NCBI GenBank assembly: GCA_016933055.1
Contig: JAFGBS010000023.1
Coordinates: 1 to 16,819, forward strand
Direction of reading: 5' to 3'
Origin: Promethearchaeota archaeon
GTDB taxonomy: Archaea; Asgardarchaeota; Lokiarchaeia; Sigyniarchaeales; Promethearchaeaceae
DNA: 16,819 nt
Shown: in pieces, positions 9,201-16,727 of the stretch
How the letters are laid out: each line of letters opens with the position of its first letter
How positions within the stretch are numbered: the first letter of the stretch is position 1
Notes under the pieces: generated by a model
Told to the model about the DNA's origin: nothing
Database searches by the model: none
Seen by the model: only the letters and a program-made list of their open reading frames with translations
Position numbers and translations under genes: made by a program

Positions 9201-11273
9201 TGGGGTTACTCCATCTTCAAAAAAGAAAAGAAAATTTGATTCAGGTAATATTTCCCAAGGGGGTAGATCACCCGTGAGATTCATGAAATATTCACGTCGA
9301 TCAAAGTTCCACTTCACAGCAAATGCGTCTAATTCTGTCCCATCATGAAATTTTACATCTTGTTTCAATGATATGGTATAATTTAAGCCGTCTTCAGACC
9401 ATTCTCCCAATTCCGTTGCAAGGCACGGAATTATTTCTAAGCTCGGATCGGTTAAATTATTCATCAACAAACTCTCAAGAAATTGACTTGAAATGAAATA
9501 ACTATTGAGATCCAAATTAATAATAGGATCTACTTGAGGCAAACCACCTAGCAACCCGAATTTCATTGAGATGTGTTTTTCAACTGGAATTTTCTTACTC
9601 GATACATTAAAAAAATCAACCTCTCCAAACGATCTCCACCCAATTCCAACAATGTTTTTGTGATGAGCAATATGGTTTTTATATGACCAGAGGAATGCAC
9701 AAGGCATTAAATCCTCAACCACGTATTGCTGTATTGTGTTATAAATATTTTTTCTCGCAATTCGATCGGTTTCATGTAACCCGGATTCAATAAGATAATC
9801 TAAATATGGATCCGAAACCATCATGTTGTTAATTGAACTAGAGTGGAATAATTTATCGACAACTGATGTTGGATCATTAAAATCAGCTCCCCATCCTGTA
9901 AAAAATAAGTCAACTAGATGATGTTTTTGGGAATCATATACCACAGTTACATAGTCCTTCCAATCCATTTGTACCAGATCGATTTTGATACCAATTTGTT
10001 TTAAACCATTTATTACTAAAGTACTATAAAATTCCGTTCCATAATAAGTCGTGAAATTGAATTTCATTACTGGATTAAGACTTTCAGCAGCGTTTATCCA
10101 TACTAAATCATCATAAATATTAAAATTACATACTCCCGAGTCCACAAGAATTTCTCTGGCTTTTGTAATATTAGTAGTTGCTACATTATAACCCCAATTT
10201 GAATATCGTATAGCTTTAGGTAATGGGGATTTTAACCTGATTCGCTGATCTGTTCTCAGAAACTCCGAATAATTTAAAGCGTACGATATAGCACGTCTTG
10301 TAGTTGTGTTTATGTGCGCATTATTCATACCTATATAGAATCCTATATGCGAATCGATATCTTGTACTACCAAATCGAAATGTTGTCGATAGAATTCTAA
10401 ATCTGATGGATTTAAGTTGATATCAACAATACCTTCTACAAATGCGTCATTTAATAATTCGTGATTCTCATATATTTTGATTTTAAGAATTTCTTTAGAT
10501 GCTATTCCACGGTGATAATAAGGAAATACATGGTATACTATTTCTGAATTATTCAAAGAGTCTAATATAAAAGGTCCAGTTCCAACTAATTGGTCGTATT
10601 TAGTTAAGTAACTTTGATTGGGCGATGAATATGGAGAAAGAATCCCTGTGCCAGTTATGCAGGACAATAATGATTCAAACGCACCATTCGCTCTATTTAG
10701 AATAAAACGTATAGTATATTCATTGATTATTTGTGTTGAATTTATAATAGGAGTTCCATCTTCCCATCGATATATGTCATTCGCATGTGTTATTTGATCA
10801 TTTATACCCAATTGCCCAGTGACATTCATAAAATAAGCCAGACGGTCAAAATTCCACTTGATCGCGGTTGCATTCACTGGTCCTCCATCTTGAAATATCA
10901 CGTTCGATTTAAGTGAAATAGTATAGAATAACTTATCAGGGGACCATGTTCCAAAATCTGAAGCTAAGCATGGAATTAATCCTTTTTCTGGATCTGAAAC
11001 ATTTTCAGTAAACAGAGTTTCAATTACAGGTGTTGTTATCTGAATATCTTTCATCGAGAATATTAGTAAAGGATCTATATCTTGGATATAACTTGTCATT
11101 CCAATTTTCAAAACATTACATTCTTCCTCAGGAGGAGTTTCTGCTTTAACATATTTAGTATTTTTATTGATTAGTAGACAACTCCCCCCAAATATTATCA
11201 AGCAAAACAATACTAAGAATATTCGATTATTCTTCAAACTAGTTCCCTTCTTTTTATGGTTTTGAGAAGACAA
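6282..11273 (-). CDS. Large surface protein: two tandem family-5 (oligopeptide/nickel type) ABC solute-binding domains, a beta-rich linker domain, four Ig-like repeats and a C-terminal beta domain
   Basis: N-terminal hydrophobic helix. Two homologous SBP_bac_5-like units (approx 11117-9600 and 9575-8020), each with LA..W...YT..L...V.F.DG...A.A.KWNFDR and GTGPF motifs. Four approx 88-aa repeats of the type G-x-N-x-W-Y-T-S...EYS.DG..W...YY.S.D..GN. TTG start. Confidence 0.88.
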   Translation of the reverse strand: MSSQNHKKKGTSLKNNRIFLVLFCLIIFGGSCLLINKNTKYVKAETPPEEECNVLKIGMTSYIQDIDPLLIFSMKDIQITTPVIETLFTENVSDPEKGLIPCLASDFGTWSPDKLFYTISLKSNVIFQDGGPVNATAIKWNFDRLAYFMNVTGQLGINDQITHANDIYRWEDGTPIINSTQIINEYTIRFILNRANGAFESLLSCITGTGILSPYSSPNQSYLTKYDQLVGTGPFILDSLNNSEIVYHVFPYYHRGIASKEILKIKIYENHELLNDAFVEGIVDINLNPSDLEFYRQHFDLVVQDIDSHIGFYIGMNNAHINTTTRRAISYALNYSEFLRTDQRIRLKSPLPKAIRYSNWGYNVATTNITKAREILVDSGVCNFNIYDDLVWINAAESLNPVMKFNFTTYYGTEFYSTLVINGLKQIGIKIDLVQMDWKDYVTVVYDSQKHHLVDLFFTGWGADFNDPTSVVDKLFHSSSINNMMVSDPYLDYLIESGLHETDRIARKNIYNTIQQYVVEDLMPCAFLWSYKNHIAHHKNIVGIGWRSFGEVDFFNVSSKKIPVEKHISMKFGLLGGLPQVDPIINLDLNSYFISSQFLESLLMNNLTDPSLEIIPCLATELGEWSEDGLNYTISLKQDVKFHDGTELDAFAVKWNFDRREYFMNLTGDLPPWEILPESNFLFFFEDGVTPIINRTEVINPLTIRFVLNRRYVPLESLLTTMSTSLISPYSTPQHSLLSVEDDIYGTGPFVYDGFNGSTINFHAFKHYHSGLSNIDLLTGILYNDANEMENAYFASEIDFCLNVRGSQIEQYQNDANTTVLSSVQQIAYYIGINNNFINKTMRQAISYAFNYSHMMEILGGGKSYSRLTSPYPSPSLYSYANFDAAIFNVTRAREILVDAGICNYNIYSDDEWILAANNNPIMKYNFTTMGISSFNILLGTLLTENLASIGINITIEEVEYEVWLNRIQDIEPYSRDDFELFFYGWGMDFNDPSNFDSQYLSTGSQNVFQVNDSYIDSLLTQARIETNHTIRKQLYLDFQQYIVEDLMPSVYLFTPTTYVAYNNSFTGFHWNSMNIVRFIDVSLIVEVETPEGLEVEIYDDYHALNLTFDEISQGGTTTVVSSNTGIDPEDGFGLAGEYYEISTTAEFSGTITICLEYDEDEIQVDESELRLMHWDDELEEWVDITTYVDTINNLVYGETTSFSMFSILQPDYEPPSTTMTIRGIEGANSWFTSDVYITLSAKDILSDIQLTEYSFDGITWFVYSKLFPFDTSGITQIYYRSTDEYGNIEEAQLSEIKIDKRSPTSIITLDGVIGENGWYTSAVDFTIDSLDDYSGVYKIEFSTDGVTWQDYYSPKLVTVEGYNTIYYRAVDFAGNVEIIKSTTFKIDTCLPEGSLTLMGTLGENNWYTSNVTVSISGIDLTSGISTIEYGYDGENWNTYLGDFEITEQGETKLFLRLIDNAGLIFSTSTIISIDYTPPTTELFITDGYTDENGTIFVVNESMFIVVGMDNESLVLYSYYSINNSEWVVFVDAFDLTGYDYGNYVIRYYSTDLAGNAGLIQSTFVEFVEEIGITYIGWGMLVVNGDRYIGDATMTITDTTIEMEIEDVVAQWDITGTWGLANLQFIYGNGEIGWIRVLVFTCGDTTYIIAVGKDVFFMGSSTT
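6565..7635 (-). repeat. Four intragenic Ig-like (OmpL47-type beta-sandwich) protein repeats
   Basis: Units begin PPSTT, SPTSI, LPEGS and PPTTE. The first three share G.N.W(F/Y)TS, DG..W and D..G(N) motifs; the fourth is more diverged. Boundaries approximate. Confidence 0.75.
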
Positions 11274-11761
11274 TACAAAATTGTCTTCTAATTGTTAAAC
11301 TTTTGAACTTTTAAAGCTTCGTATTCATCACTTAGCTTCCCGTTTAGTAAAATACGTGAGAGTTTATGAATGTCAAGAAGATAAAAAATGGGAGATAAAA
11401 CGATTTTTCGCTCATTATTATGAAACAAAATTATTTAATCTAAAATATCATTCAGATCAGAAAGTTCATCCATCATCATTACTTTCATTCAAACTTTATA
11501 TGCTTTACTCCAGTTTAACAAATTGAGAAAAAGGTTATGAGAAGAATGAATAAAACTCGAAATGATTGCATACCTACATCATTCAAAGGATCTTTCATAG
11601 GATTTAGCTATTTAGCTTAATCTCCATACTATTCTACTTTTCTCTTTCAATACTTTGTTCTCCAAATTAACCATCTGTAGTAGCCAATCTCCTAGTTATT
11701 TCAATTTTCTTTAAATATATAATTCGGATATATATAATTATAACACATATTAACCCCACAC

Positions 11762-11767
11762 GGAGGT
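11762..11767 (+). promoter_or_regulatory. Shine-Dalgarno of micro-ORF A
   Basis: GGAGGT 9 nt upstream of the ATG at 11777. Confidence 0.7.
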
Positions 11768-11776
11768 AAAAACACA

Positions 11777-11845
11777 ATGAACTCATATATGCTCGAAAAA
11801 CAAGTCGAACAAAAACTAAAGGAATCCCGAAATAGAAAATGGTAA
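11777..11845 (+). CDS. 22-aa small protein A (MNSYMLEKQVEQKLKESRNRKW)
   Basis: Strong SD; 11/22 identity without gaps to the ORF at 11986; same length; conserved 5' leader. Confidence 0.7.
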   Translation: MNSYMLEKQVEQKLKESRNRKW

Positions 11846-11985
11846 ATTCTTTCAACACAAAAGAATCCAACCCGCATTTCTCACTTTTTAGGAATATGCG
11901 AAAAATTGGTCTCAAAATCATATGAATATGAAACGCATCAATATCACCATATAATAAAAAAAACCTAACCCATGGAGATAAAAAA

Positions 11986-12054
11986 ATGAACGATTACATC
12001 ATTGAAAAAATTGCTGAATATAAACGAAACGAAATCCGAAAAACCAAGTGGTGA
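11986..12054 (+). CDS. 22-aa small protein B (MNDYIIEKIAEYKRNEIRKTKW)
   Basis: GGAGA at 11974-11978 upstream; paralogue of 11777-11845 with synonymous differences (Tyr TAT/TAC, Lys AAA/AAG, stop TAA/TGA). Confidence 0.7.
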   Translation: MNDYIIEKIAEYKRNEIRKTKW

Positions 12055-12070
12055 GATCGCCTTCCTATTC

Positions 12071-12100
12071 TGAAATCTTGAGACTTTACTCTAGATTTCA
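12071..12100 (+). terminator. Hairpin downstream of small protein B
   Basis: TGAAATCT (12071-78) pairs with AGATTTCA (12093-100), plus GAG/CTC, loop ACTTTA. No clear U-tract, so function is uncertain. Confidence 0.35.
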
Positions 12101-12180
12101 AATCTCAATACTCCGCAATCAATCTTTTACCATAATATAACAACCTCTTTTATCCACGATTTTATCCCTTTTGAGGAAAC

Positions 12181-12220
12181 GGGAGAGCTTATGGAACTCT
12201 CCCAATCCTTATTTTTTTCT
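12181..12220 (+). terminator. GC-rich hairpin followed by T-run
   Basis: GGGAGAG (12181-87) pairs with CTCTCCC (12197-203), followed by AATCCTTATTTTTTTCT. Confidence 0.45.
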
Positions 12221-12262
12221 GTATGCTTCAGGCTTAGAAAGTGTCAAGAGTCTTAGGTCTTA

Positions 12263-12304
12263 TTAAAAAACGAAAATTGGGATAGAATAACCACCATTCT
12301 TCCC
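12263..12304 (-). terminator. Terminator-like hairpin downstream of the helicase fragment
   Basis: Minus strand GGGAAGAAT-GGTGGTT-ATTCTATCCC (one bulge) followed by AATTTTCGTTTTTTAA, 12 nt after the stop at 12317. Confidence 0.45.
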
Positions 12305-12316
12305 GCTATTCCCGCA

Positions 12317-13141
12317 TTAAGGTATTTTCCCTTCTAATCTTCGTGAACTCTTTTCTGTCTCGTCTATCGTGTTGATAAAATGAAGTTCTTCATAGATTCT
12401 CTTGAATTTTTTCATCAACTCTTCAATAAGCGGATCAACTTTTACATCCTTCGTTTGAAGAAAGTCTTCATAATCATTCTTTTTTCCATATCTCCGGTAT
12501 TCTGAAGAAGTAACAAAAGCATTTCCTTCTTTTAGAATTTCAGGTAAAAATTTCTCGAAATACGTTTGAAAGAATACTTTTGTTTCCCTATCGTCGATAT
12601 AAGGAGGTAATTGGTTTTGATCCCCTACTATTACCCATTTCTTAGCCCTTGTTGCTGGAATTAGAAATTCCAAGACCGTAGCTTTACTTGATTCATCAAT
12701 GACCATTAAATCAAAATCCTCGATGTCGCGTTTCTCATCATAGATATATACAACACCAGTTGATGTGCCGCACACGAGATTACATGAATTGAGAAGCATA
12801 TCTTCAATCAAGTAAGGTTCACTTTCGATGTTCTCAATGAATTCGTTTTGAATTTGTTTCAGGGAACTCAATTCTACTCCCTTGAACTTAGTGAATTTTA
12901 GGACTTCCTTTTTTCTAATCCCATCAGATCCGAACTCAATCTCTCTTTTTTTTAATTCTTTGGTGCTTTTAACGAAATGAAACCAGTTACGTTTTCTTTC
13001 ATTGAGTGTATATTTCTTTACCTGGTATGAAAGGCGTCGAGCCCGTCCTATGCGAATTGCTTGAATAAAATTATCACTTTCCTCATCAAATCTTTCAAGA
13101 ATATTATCTAAAGAACTTGAAGTGATCAAAAAGAAAATCAA
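12317..13141 (-). pseudogene. Internal fragment of a Upf1/DNA2/NAM7-like SF1B helicase (AAA_11 part)
   Basis: LDNILERF (end of motif Ia), AIRIG, LVCGTSTG, Walker B LMVIDESSKA and motif III VIVGDQNQLPP are present. No Walker A and no C-terminal AAA_12 motifs (QYR, VDxFQG, NVA.TR). Confidence 0.78.
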
Positions 13142-13523
13142 AACTTCTGAGAAAAAACAGTCATCGGGAAAATCTAGAACAAGAAGGAGAAAATTAAATT
13201 TGGATTCAATTTCCCGATTAAATCGAGACGAACGACGCGTTTATGAACAATTACGACTCTGGCGAAATTCGCAAGCACGTAGAGAAAAAATTAGACCGTA
13301 TATTATTGCTCATAATACAGCGTTGATGGCGATTGTATACTATAAAGTGTCCAATATCGAGGAGCTAATGAGAATTTATGGATTTTCGGAACGTAAAGCG
13401 AACAAATATGGAAATGAGATTATTGAGATCATGAACCAGTATAAAATGGCTACTGGTATTATAGACCACACATTACACATAAACAACAACATTCCGGTTC
13501 CAATGCTTATCACCCCCCAATGA
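13122..13523 (+). CDS. HRDC domain-containing protein, possibly a 5'-truncated gene
   Basis: VYEQLRLWRNSQARREKIRPYIIAHNTALMAI...EELMRIYGFSERKANKYGNEIIEI matches the HRDC pattern of RecQ/RNase D. The GTG start overlaps the opposite-strand fragment and has no SD; the frame is open back to 13065. Confidence 0.75.
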   Translation: MIKKKIKTSEKKQSSGKSRTRRRKLNLDSISRLNRDERRVYEQLRLWRNSQARREKIRPYIIAHNTALMAIVYYKVSNIEELMRIYGFSERKANKYGNEIIEIMNQYKMATGIIDHTLHINNNIPVPMLITPQ

Positions 13524-13660
13524 GGAGAACAACTAAGAATAGGCGAAAAAGAAGATTTTCTCGAAGAGAAATGAGATGTGTCTGTACGATCCTAGTTATG
13601 ATCTTTGTGTTAATCACGATACTTTTATCCTCTTAAATCGAGGGTACTTCTAGTTTTCAA

Positions 13661-13692
13661 TTTTCGTGAAATCGTGTGTAACGATCTTTTGA
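13661..13692. repeat. Copy 1 of a 32/33-bp imperfect direct repeat
   Basis: TTTTCGTGAAATC-GTGTGTA-ACGATCTTTTTG; the 13-nt and 12-nt ends are identical to copy 2 at 16430. Confidence 0.65.
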
Positions 13693-14038
13693 GATTTCGT
13701 ATCGTGTTGTCTGATCATTTTTATCTTTCATATATCCAACATTCTTTGAGTAAAATTGATTATTATACTCAAGATACCGATTATGAAATGTTTGTATATA
13801 CATCTCTAATTCATAACGTAGCATTAAGACAAGCTTGGCGAAAATAGCTATTTATTGTATAATTGAGTACTGAAAAAGGTTGTAAATGTAAATTCGGTCT
13901 ATTGAATCAGATTCATCCGAACTAGCAAAGAACAGAACAAATACCGAAGAAATCAGTTCTATTATCACTGGTCAATTTTATTAAGAAAATAATAACTGTC
14001 TGCACCAACTTGGACTACTCAATGTAATAATGACTTAG

Positions 14039-14080
14039 GAAAATTATTATATAGTTCTTAAGGGGAGGAGATCATTTAGG
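14039..14080 (+). promoter_or_regulatory. Possible archaeal BRE/TATA and SD upstream of the BspA-like gene
   Basis: Purine-rich GGAAAA followed by TTATTATATA, roughly 40-55 nt upstream of the ATG; GGGGAGGAG and AGGAG further downstream. Confidence 0.4.
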
Positions 14081-14093
14081 AGCTAATTGAAGG

Positions 14094-16196
14094 ATGAAAA
14101 AACCTGGTAACTCAATCAAATTGAAGAAAAAAGTACTCTCAGGAACGTTAATCATAATTTTAATGGTCATTGCTCTTTCATCGAATTCTTTGTTCTCAAA
14201 AAAGCAATATGAAGATCAAGATTTTACCAAACCATTTAATCCAGAATCATCGAATCCCGATGCATTCATCTCCATATGGCAAAGCAGCGTTATTCGGTTG
14301 CCATTAGAATCAACGGGCACCTACAATTTCTTCGTTGATTGGGGAGATGGGACAAATGATACCATTACTGCTTGGGATCAAGCCCAGAGATACCATGATT
14401 ATGGTGTATTTGGGACTTATACAGTGAATATCACGGGTACAATAGAGGGATGGAGATTTAATTACGATTTTACTCGAAATTTCATTCAAGAAATTCAACA
14501 GTGGGGATGTCTTCGGTTAGGTAACAACGAAAGGTATTTTTATGGTTGTGAAAATCTTAGAATAACCGCAACGGACAGTCCAGATTTTACGGGAACCACT
14601 TCACTCAGCTACATGTTTTATTACTGCCATAATCTTGGCGAGGGGGACTCCTTCAATCAATGGAATACATCAATGATATCCGACATGTCTTATATGTTCT
14701 ATTATGCTACATCGTTTAATCATCCAATCGGAAACTGGGATACAAGCAGTGTTACAACTATGGAGAGTATGTTCTCCTCTGCTTATGCATTCAACCAATC
14801 TATCGGGACATGGGATCTCAATAGCGTAACTAGTGTAGAGGGCATGTTTTACAACGCATACTCATTCAACCAACCACTTAATGCATGGAATACTTCGAGA
14901 ATTTCGGATATGTCTGCAATGTTTTCTAGTGCATCTTCTTTCGACCAGCCTTTAGAAAATTGGGACACTTCAAGTGTAACAAACATGGCAAGTCTATTTT
15001 ACAATGCAACATCGTTCAATGGATCTATTTGGAGCTGGAATACTTCCAATGTAGAAAGGATGAATAGCATGTTCAAATACTGTGATTCTTTCAACCAATC
15101 TATAGAAATGTGGGATGTATCTCAAGTGACATATATGAGCGATATGTTTGCACATACAGACTCATTCAATAGCCCAATTGGAAACTGGGGTGTATCAAAT
15201 ACGCAATATTTTGATTGGATGTTTTACCAAGCGTCGTCTTTTGATCAATCTCTTGGTGATTGGGATATTTCCTCTGGAACGAGTTTTTCGTTCATGTTAA
15301 GTTACACTTCACTTTCTGTTGAAAACTATGATGAAACTCTTATCGGATGGTCTGAATTATCCCTCTCATCCAGTAAATTTTTTCATGCTTATGGCATAAT
15401 GTGTAGTCTTGCAGGTTCACAAGCTCGCGACTATATTACTTCCACGTTTAGTTGGACAATATTTGATGGCGGAGTGGATCCTAATGCATTCGATTTCACC
15501 TTAACTTCAACAGCGGACGAGATCGATCTGGATGGACAATTTTTACTTGAATGGACAGCTAGTTACAGAGCCAATAATTATTCGTTGTACGTTTATACTG
15601 ATCTAATCACAGATTTAAATAGTAGTCTCACTGTAGTATCAAACCAAACAGACGATGTGGCTCACTTAATTGATAATTACACCGATGGAACATATTTCTT
15701 CATTGTTGAAGCACATAATGGCTACGAACTTACATTAACTGAATGTATTGAGGTTGTGGTGTATATTGATCGTGAAATTACTGTTCATAGTCCAGCAGAG
15801 ACAATCTCACTAAGTCCAGACAGCCAACTAGTAATTCAATGGAATTCAACTGGTCTTATATCTCATGTAAAACTCGAGTTCTATAAAGGAGAAAGCTATA
15901 TTATTGAGATAATTGCATCAACGGAAAATGATGGTGAATTTCTATGGTTGATTCCTGCGTATATCGGGCAATCGGAGGAATATCGGGTGAAGATTATCGA
16001 TATATCTAATACAACAGTGTTTGGTTTCAGTAAATCGTTTACAATATCACCAGATATACCTCAGCAACCAAAACCGAGTTTAACTCCACTGATACTATCC
16101 ATTGTTGGGTTGGTAATTGCGACGGGTGCTGCTGCATTAACCACTTACATGTTCATAGAACTGCGTAAAAATAGGAAAATGGATATATTGAGTTAA
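14094..16196 (+). CDS. BspA-family (DUF285-type) leucine-rich repeat surface protein with C-terminal TM anchor
   Basis: Signal peptide; VDWGDG PKD-like N-domain; 25-aa repeats W(D/N)TS.V..M..MF..A.SFNQ.I..; LS.ENYD..LIGWS cap; two beta-sandwich domains; TM LILSIVGLVIATGAAALTTYMFI followed by RKNRK. Confidence 0.9.
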   Translation: MKKPGNSIKLKKKVLSGTLIIILMVIALSSNSLFSKKQYEDQDFTKPFNPESSNPDAFISIWQSSVIRLPLESTGTYNFFVDWGDGTNDTITAWDQAQRYHDYGVFGTYTVNITGTIEGWRFNYDFTRNFIQEIQQWGCLRLGNNERYFYGCENLRITATDSPDFTGTTSLSYMFYYCHNLGEGDSFNQWNTSMISDMSYMFYYATSFNHPIGNWDTSSVTTMESMFSSAYAFNQSIGTWDLNSVTSVEGMFYNAYSFNQPLNAWNTSRISDMSAMFSSASSFDQPLENWDTSSVTNMASLFYNATSFNGSIWSWNTSNVERMNSMFKYCDSFNQSIEMWDVSQVTYMSDMFAHTDSFNSPIGNWGVSNTQYFDWMFYQASSFDQSLGDWDISSGTSFSFMLSYTSLSVENYDETLIGWSELSLSSSKFFHAYGIMCSLAGSQARDYITSTFSWTIFDGGVDPNAFDFTLTSTADEIDLDGQFLLEWTASYRANNYSLYVYTDLITDLNSSLTVVSNQTDDVAHLIDNYTDGTYFFIVEAHNGYELTLTECIEVVVYIDREITVHSPAETISLSPDSQLVIQWNSTGLISHVKLEFYKGESYIIEIIASTENDGEFLWLIPAYIGQSEEYRVKIIDISNTTVFGFSKSFTISPDIPQQPKPSLTPLILSIVGLVIATGAAALTTYMFIELRKNRKMDILS
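14661..15300 (+). repeat. Eight complete and one partial 25-aa (75-bp) DUF285-type repeats
   Basis: Units start WNTSMI, WDTSSV, WDLNSV, WNTSRI, WDTSSV, WNTSNV, WDVSQV, WGVSNT and WDISSG. Confidence 0.88.
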
Positions 16197-16391
16197 ATAG
16201 GTATTGTCCGCAATGAAAGTGCACAAAACTTTGAAGAATTAGGTCAACCAAAATTTGCTCTTAGATTTTATAAGAAAACTACGGGCTTAGCAAATGAATA
16301 TCCTGACCAAATCCCTCCTGTGAATCCATTTTTTATACCAGAAATACAAGAAAAAATTAAAAAATTGAAAAGAAAAATACATCAGAATTGA
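16197..16391 (+). pseudogene. TPR-like remnant in frame with, and immediately after, the BspA-like stop codon
   Basis: IGIVRNESAQNFEELGQPKFALRFYKKTTGLANEYPDQIP...EIQEKIKKLKRKIHQN*. The pattern N-x-A-x-x-F-x-x-L-G-x-x-x-x-A-L-x-x-Y-x-K resembles a TPR plus capping helix. No start codon. Confidence 0.5.
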
Positions 16392-16429
16392 GGATTCAAG
16401 ATTTTTTGAACTGAAAACCTTAAAATCAG

Positions 16430-16462
16430 TTTTCGTGAAATCATTGTTTCACGATCTTTTTG
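16430..16462. repeat. Copy 2 of the 32/33-bp imperfect direct repeat, with internal dyad
   Basis: TTTTCGTGAAA-TCATTG-TTTCACGATCT-TTTTG; TCGTGAAA/TTTCACGA is a perfect 8-bp inverted repeat around a 6-bp spacer. Confidence 0.65.
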
Positions 16463-16704
16463 TTAAAAATAGAGACGTTCCAATCATCTTAAGCGAGAAT
16501 CTAGATTTTTTCTCTGATAAAGATATAAAACCTCTCGTGAATACGACCACCGGTAAAGGAAAACTGAAAATTGTGAATTTGATAAATGGTAAAAGTCATT
16601 TTATGATTAAATCACATATTCTAGAATATTCTAAACACGATTCCATTAATGAAATAATGAAGGACGAATATCAATACATTTTTTCGTCATTCTCGGATAC
16701 ATAA
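16435..16704 (+). CDS. Hypothetical 89-aa protein or gene fragment
   Basis: Open frame with protein-like composition, but the GTG start lies within the repeat, no SD is seen and no motif is recognised. Confidence 0.35.
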   Translation: MKSLFHDLFVKNRDVPIILSENLDFFSDKDIKPLVNTTTGKGKLKIVNLINGKSHFMIKSHILEYSKHDSINEIMKDEYQYIFSSFSDT

Positions 16705-16727
16705 ACCATGGAACCAATCAAACTCGA

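Noticed and set aside
9109-9348. 79-aa + strand ORF
   Set aside because: Antisense to a conserved part of the second SBP domain.
11356-11526. 56-aa GTG ORF (VRVYECQEDKKWEIKR...) containing GGGAGATAAAACGATT, which resembles the micro-ORF B leader
   Set aside because: No SD or motif, and no ATG follows the leader-like match; not distinguishable from chance in AT-rich DNA.
11667-11921. 84-aa hydrophobic - strand ORF
   Set aside because: Antisense to micro-ORF A. Its F/I/L richness mirrors the A-rich plus strand, there is no SD, and there is no equivalent opposite micro-ORF B.
14310-14498. 62-aa - strand ORF
   Set aside because: Antisense to the BspA-like gene.
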